Source: Okamejei kenojei
Taxonomy: Eukaryota
Reading direction: 5' to 3'
NCBI GenBank assembly: GCA_035221665.1
Contig: CM069137.1
Location: forward strand, 76,942,001 to 77,006,000
DNA length: 64,000 bases
Made by a program: the position numbers and the translations under genes. Of the stretch, positions 63,301-64,000 are shown piece after piece. The first letter of the stretch is position 1. Every line of letters begins with the position of its first letter. Below the pieces are notes generated by a model. That model ran no database searches and was not told the DNA's origin. It worked only from the letters and a program-made list of their open reading frames with translations.

Positions 63301-64000
63301 AAAGGCACAACAGAGGATGTAATTCCTGCGGCAGCTGAGGAAGCACAATCTGCCACAGGCAATGATGATCAAATTCTACATGGCCATCGTAGAGTCTGTT
63401 CTCACCTTCTCCACCATGGTCTGGTTTGGCTCAGCCACCAAGCACAACACCTGGAGGCTGCAGCAAATCGTCCAATCAGCAGAGAAGATTATTGGACGCA
63501 ACCTTCCCTCCATTGATGAACTGTACACTGCAAGGGCCAGGAAGCGAGTGGGCAAGATCATCTCTGACCCCTCTCACCCTGGCCACAAACTCTTTGAATC
63601 ACTTCCCTCCGGAAGGCGACTCCGGATTGTCAAAGCTGCCACAGCCAGACATAAAAACAGTTTTTATCCACGAGTAGTTGCTCTACTCAACAGCCAAAAA
63701 TCTGTAGCCTCCCTTTGATCTGATATTTTGTTGGTTCATGTGCTTGATCAATGGTGTTTTATCATTAATGTCTTATTATTATTAATGTTTAGTGTTTGCT
63801 GAGTCAATCATAACTGTCACTATGTCATGTTGTTACTTGTGGGCGGAGCACCAAGGCAAATTCATTGTATGTGAATACTTGGCCAATAAACTTACTTACT
63901 TACTTACTTAAGGCATAAAAGAAAAGAAAATGTCATTACTTACCCTCTACGTGAAGTCTGGCATTTGCTGACACTCTGCCAAGTTTGAAGGTGTACACAG
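73..64000 (-). CDS. TTN: Titin, partial multi-exon gene (proximal Ig, Novex, N2B and middle I-band Ig regions); extends beyond both window ends
   Basis: Chain of AG..GT-bounded exons in consistent phase encoding titin I-set Ig domains (EPPSF...W.K...D.G.Y.C). Peptide order matches recalled human titin. Confidence 0.98.
1718..1996 (-). CDS. TTN: TTN Ig exon, second super-repeat position 3, 279 nt
   Basis: ORF 1713..1952; paralogous to 6651..6929. Confidence 0.95.
2126..2404 (-). CDS. TTN: TTN Ig exon, second super-repeat position 2, 279 nt
   Basis: ORF 2121..2366; paralogous to 7075..7353. Confidence 0.95.
2531..2812 (-). CDS. TTN: TTN Ig exon, second super-repeat position 1, 282 nt
   Basis: ORF 2523..2825; paralogous to 7455..7736. 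Confidence 0.95.
4310..4403 (-). mobile_element. 94-bp Penelope terminal fragment inserted inside the older Penelope copy
   Basis: Flanked by a 15-bp direct duplication CATATTGTGCTTGGG (4295-4309 and 4404-4418). Confidence 0.85.
4375..4402 (-). ncRNA. Minimal hammerhead ribozyme-like core
   Basis: CTGAAGA-A-GGGTCTCGACCC-GAAAC-GTC on the minus strand. Confidence 0.6.
4735..5013 (-). CDS. TTN: TTN Ig exon, super-repeat position 6, 279 nt
   Basis: [24 protein letters not shown]; ORF 4667..4981. Confidence 0.95.
5424..5597. repeat. Inverted pair of Penelope-terminus fragments
   Basis: ACACAAAATGCTGGAGTAACTCAG...GCTGAGTTACTCCAGCATTTTGTGT. Confidence 0.75.
5893..6180 (-). CDS. TTN: TTN Ig exon, super-repeat position 5, 288 nt
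   Basis: [12 protein letters not shown]...; ORF 5879..6193. Confidence 0.95.
6277..6555 (-). CDS. TTN: TTN Ig exon, super-repeat position 4, 279 nt
   Basis: [20 protein letters not shown]; ORF 6272..6517. Confidence 0.95.
6651..6929 (-). CDS. TTN: TTN Ig exon, super-repeat position 3, 279 nt
   Basis: [12 protein letters not shown]...; ORF 6556..6951. Confidence 0.95.
7075..7353 (-). CDS. TTN: TTN Ig exon, super-repeat position 2, 279 nt
   Basis: [11 protein letters not shown]...; ORF 7067..7369. Confidence 0.95.
7455..7736 (-). CDS. TTN: TTN Ig exon, super-repeat position 1, 282 nt
   Basis: EPPSFIRKP...; ORF 7387..7695; phase 1-1. Confidence 0.95.
8110..8600 (+). mobile_element. Old CR1 LINE 3' fragment
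   Basis: Degenerate similarity to the CR1 3' end at 34400-34900. Boundaries approximate. Confidence 0.55.
9420..9690 (+). mobile_element. Degenerate tRNA-derived SINE (HE1/V-SINE-like)
   Basis: GGCACAGTG..GCTGCCTCACAGCTCC head and TCCAGTTTCCTCCCA core. Confidence 0.55.
9815..10378 (-). CDS. TTN: TTN two-Ig exon (about exon 51), 564 nt
   Basis: [22 protein letters not shown]...DKPSF...; CAG acceptor, GTAAGG donor. Confidence 0.95.
11194..11472 (-). CDS. TTN: TTN Ig exon (about exon 50), 279 nt
   Basis: [10 protein letters not shown]...VRFQWF...[11 protein letters not shown]; CAG acceptor, GTAAGT donor. Confidence 0.95.
12373..15972 (-). CDS. TTN: TTN cardiac N2B exon (about exon 49), 3600 nt: two Ig, N2B unique sequence, one Ig
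   Basis: Starts EFSS; Ig [17 protein letters not shown]; ends [27 protein letters not shown]; donor G|GTTGGA. Confidence 0.95.
18838..19230 (-). mobile_element. CR1 LINE 3' fragment
   Basis: Reverse complement of the CR1 3' end; [14 protein letters not shown] motif. Confidence 0.85.
20253..20258 (-). terminator. Candidate poly(A) signal (ATTAAA) for the Novex-3 isoform
   Basis: ATTAAA about 105 nt after the stop. The context is AT-rich, so other sites are possible. Confidence 0.3.
20362..23798 (-). CDS. TTN: TTN Novex-3, terminal 3' segment: four Ig domains, stop TAA
   Basis: TTTTCCAG acceptor in frame with the 1137-aa ORF; contains the Novex-3 hallmark [27 protein letters not shown]; ends at a stop after the last Ig. 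Confidence 0.92.
23895..27769 (-). CDS. TTN: TTN Novex-3, 5' segment: two Ig domains plus long unique region; frame broken twice at A7 runs (about 26035 and 25599)
   Basis: [36 protein letters not shown] matches the recalled Novex-3 start. Three consecutive ORFs (25995..27791, 25571..26005, 23866..25554); donor CAAG|GTAAAA. Confidence 0.88.
28959..29009 (-). CDS. TTN: TTN micro-exon (about exon 47), 51 nt: [17 protein letters not shown]
   Basis: CAG acceptor, G|GTAATG donor; resembles human ..HERIEQEIEMEMK. Confidence 0.9.
29435..29950 (-). CDS. TTN: TTN additional Novex-type cassette exon, 516 nt: Ser/Thr/Pro/Lys-rich linker plus one Ig
   Basis: TAG acceptor at 29951; open frame AEETKPQTG...APAFLEKLP...[14 protein letters not shown]...VT; donor G|GTTGGC; symmetric phase 1. 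Confidence 0.82.
30246..31127 (-). CDS. TTN: TTN Novex-2-like cassette exon, 882 nt: unique sequence plus two Ig domains
   Basis: Starts [11 protein letters not shown], contains [10 protein letters not shown], ends TTAVLTVEG, like recalled human Novex-2. Phase 1-1; weak donor GTGGTT. Confidence 0.88.
32311..35854 (+). mobile_element. Tc1/mariner DNA transposon with about 200-bp TIRs and an internally deleted transposase, interrupted by CR1
   Basis: CAGTGCCCTCCAT... and ...ATGGAGGGCGCTG ends; TA (right) and TG (left) flanks; [17 protein letters not shown] and [10 protein letters not shown] motifs. Confidence 0.92.
32560..34911 (+). mobile_element. CR1 LINE, 5'-truncated ORF2 (end of endonuclease plus RT), nested in Tc1
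   Basis: [20 protein letters not shown] and HLEYCVQFW motifs; CTATT-type tail; TAATT duplication at both junctions. Confidence 0.95.
36127..36315 (-). CDS. TTN: TTN exon (about exon 44), 189 nt: [41 protein letters not shown]...LKLE
   Basis: CAG acceptor, G|GTAATC donor; completes the Ig begun at 54210. Confidence 0.95.
37170..37425. repeat. Inverted pair of Penelope-terminus fragments
   Basis: The minus copy (37170-37266) and plus copy (37326-37425) are reverse complements. Confidence 0.8.
37237..37264 (-). ncRNA. Minimal hammerhead ribozyme-like core
   Basis: AGGT-CTGAAGA-A-GGGTCTCGACCT-GAAAC-GTC-GCCT; a 4-bp helix I is possible. Confidence 0.6.
37530..39250 (-). mobile_element. Old Penelope-like element, interrupted by CR1
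   Basis: Degenerate GIY-YIG ([15 protein letters not shown]) and RT C-terminal remnants on both sides of 38430-39025. Confidence 0.7.
38430..39025 (+). mobile_element. CR1 3' fragment
   Basis: ORF 38454..38807 plus CR1 3'UTR and TTTCTATG tail. Confidence 0.9.
39355..40910 (+). mobile_element. CR1 3' fragment, split by a second CR1
   Basis: Breaks at GAGTCCAGAAC (about 39712) and resumes CAGGGGCCAC (about 40602). Confidence 0.88.
39713..40601 (-). mobile_element. CR1 of a different subfamily, nested antisense
   Basis: ORF 39959..40570 ([11 protein letters not shown]..); (ATATGGTT)n tail. Confidence 0.9.
41759..43325. mobile_element. Non-autonomous TIR DNA transposon, copy A (AT TSD; ISL2EU/Harbinger-group-like)
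   Basis: TIR AAGCGAGTTYGGTAT at both ends; AT on both flanks; ends shared with 52193..53358. Confidence 0.75.
43826..44053. mobile_element. GC-rich MITE with degenerate left TIR (possibly Harbinger-type)
   Basis: CTTGGTGATTTTTCGGCGAC and GTCGCCGAAAAAAATCGCCAAGTGGGACAGGCCC are inverted ends. Confidence 0.6.
44420..46160 (+). mobile_element. Old CR1 5'/middle fragment (ORF1 end, AP endonuclease)
   Basis: Degenerate ETWL, GGVALL, YRPP and GDFN-type coding remnants. Boundaries approximate. Confidence 0.65.
46755..48415 (+). mobile_element. L1/Tx1-clade LINE 3' fragment
   Basis: [24 protein letters not shown] zinc knuckle, pyrimidine-rich 3'UTR, AATAAA. Confidence 0.85.
48940..50110. mobile_element. 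Old Penelope remnants in opposite orientations
   Basis: Terminal-repeat motifs at 48940-49035 (minus) and 49980-50110 (plus) with degenerate body. Confidence 0.65.
50208..51477 (-). mobile_element. Young Penelope-like element, 5'-truncated
   Basis: 299-aa ORF with RT C-terminus and GIY-YIG ([30 protein letters not shown]); CpGs largely intact. Confidence 0.93.
50301..50328 (-). ncRNA. Minimal hammerhead ribozyme-like core in the Penelope terminal repeat
   Basis: CTGAAGAAGGGTCTCGACCCGAAACGTC, identical to 4375..4402. Confidence 0.62.
51490..52192 (-). mobile_element. Second Penelope-like fragment, head-to-tail with the first; continues at 53359-53379
   Basis: ORFs 51580..52131 and 51446..51940. 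Confidence 0.88.
52193..53358. mobile_element. Non-autonomous TIR DNA transposon, copy B, GC/CpG-rich interior, inserted into Penelope
   Basis: Same TIR as copy A; removing it with one AT restores the Penelope sequence CGGAGAAATTGAGAGTAGG. Confidence 0.8.
54085..54210 (-). CDS. TTN: TTN exon (about exon 43), 126 nt: [42 protein letters not shown]
   Basis: Translated by hand; TTTTCAG acceptor, G|GTAAGT donor; encodes the first half of an Ig domain. Confidence 0.93.
54599..54883 (-). CDS. TTN: TTN Ig exon (about exon 42), 285 nt: [13 protein letters not shown]...SLDIE
   Basis: ORF 54564..54893; TAG acceptor, G|GTATAA donor. Confidence 0.95.
55080..55307 (+). mobile_element. CR1 3' end
   Basis: CR1 3'UTR with TTTCTATG tail. 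Confidence 0.88.
57196..57427 (-). CDS. TTN: TTN exon (about exon 41), 232 nt: [39 protein letters not shown]...LHIN
   Basis: Not in the ORF track; translated by hand. Phase 0 to 1, G|GTATGT donor; resembles human VIEKQRAVVEFEVNEDD. Confidence 0.93.
57577..57745 (-). CDS. TTN: TTN exon (about exon 40), 169 nt: [13 protein letters not shown]...STDIQ
   Basis: Poly-T/CAG acceptor, CAG|GTATAA donor; phase 2 to phase 0. Confidence 0.93.
58009..58091 (-). mobile_element. 83-bp Penelope terminal fragment with 13-bp TSD
   Basis: AATGTACATCTGT duplicated at 57996-58008 and 58092-58104. Confidence 0.85.
58824..58965 (-). CDS. TTN: TTN half-Ig exon (about exon 39), 142 nt: [14 protein letters not shown]...PSDR
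   Basis: Phase 1 in, phase 2 out, which matches the phase-2 start of the next exon. Confidence 0.93.
59075..59335 (-). CDS. TTN: TTN Ig exon (about exon 38), 261 nt: [23 protein letters not shown]...
   Basis: TAG acceptor, G|GTAATA donor; ORF 59010..59318. Confidence 0.95.
59490..59750 (-). CDS. TTN: TTN Ig exon (about exon 37), 261 nt: [16 protein letters not shown]...LTVK
   Basis: AAG acceptor, C|GTAAGA donor; ORF 59389..59784. Confidence 0.95.
59858..60118 (-). CDS. TTN: TTN Ig exon (about exon 36), 261 nt: [16 protein letters not shown]...KLYVE
   Basis: TAG acceptor, A|GTGAGT donor, phase 1-1; ORF 59808..60080. Confidence 0.95.
60645..60885 (+). mobile_element. Penelope 3' terminal fragment
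   Basis: Matches 4465-4670. Confidence 0.8.
61060..63910 (+). mobile_element. Rex1/Babar-like LINE, degenerate ORF2
   Basis: [41 protein letters not shown] and KFADDT motifs; AATAAA plus (CTTA)n tail. Confidence 0.9.
63944..64000 (-). CDS. TTN: TTN exon, 3' part (about human exon 35): [18 protein letters not shown]
   Basis: Donor G|GTAAGT at 63943; resembles human VYGFRLGRLGASARLHVE. Confidence 0.9.

Noticed and set aside
1-64000. CRISPR array, retron or other prokaryotic RT system; tRNA or rRNA genes
   Set aside because: The sequence is a spliced vertebrate gene. All RT fragments are LINE or Penelope, repeats are dispersed rather than regularly spaced, and no intact tRNA or rRNA is seen.

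Overview
Eukaryotic genomic DNA. The whole window lies inside a vertebrate titin gene (TTN) transcribed on the minus strand. The repeat content (HE1-like SINE, CR1, Penelope, Tc1) suggests a cartilaginous fish such as a skate or ray; that is an inference. From splice sites and translation I resolve 28 coding exons or segments. In transcript order these are: end of the proximal tandem-Ig I-band (about human exons 35-44), a Novex-2-like exon with two Ig domains, an extra Ig cassette exon with no obvious human counterpart, the exon-47 micro-exon, Novex-3, the cardiac N2B exon, and middle I-band Ig exons of the 6-Ig super-repeat (about human exons 50-61). Novex-3 here is split by a 96-nt intron and carries two apparent homopolymer frameshifts. 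Human exon numbers and sequences are recalled, not searched. Introns, above all a 17.8-kb intron that splits one Ig domain, hold nested CR1, L1/Tx1, Rex1-like, Penelope, Tc1 and TIR elements. The strongest leads are: hammerhead-ribozyme cores in sense to the titin pre-mRNA, an altered Novex cassette architecture, a 74-aa periodicity in the N2B unique sequence, a competing-pairing element with cryptic donors before Novex-3, and two AT-TSD transposons with shared ends but different interiors.
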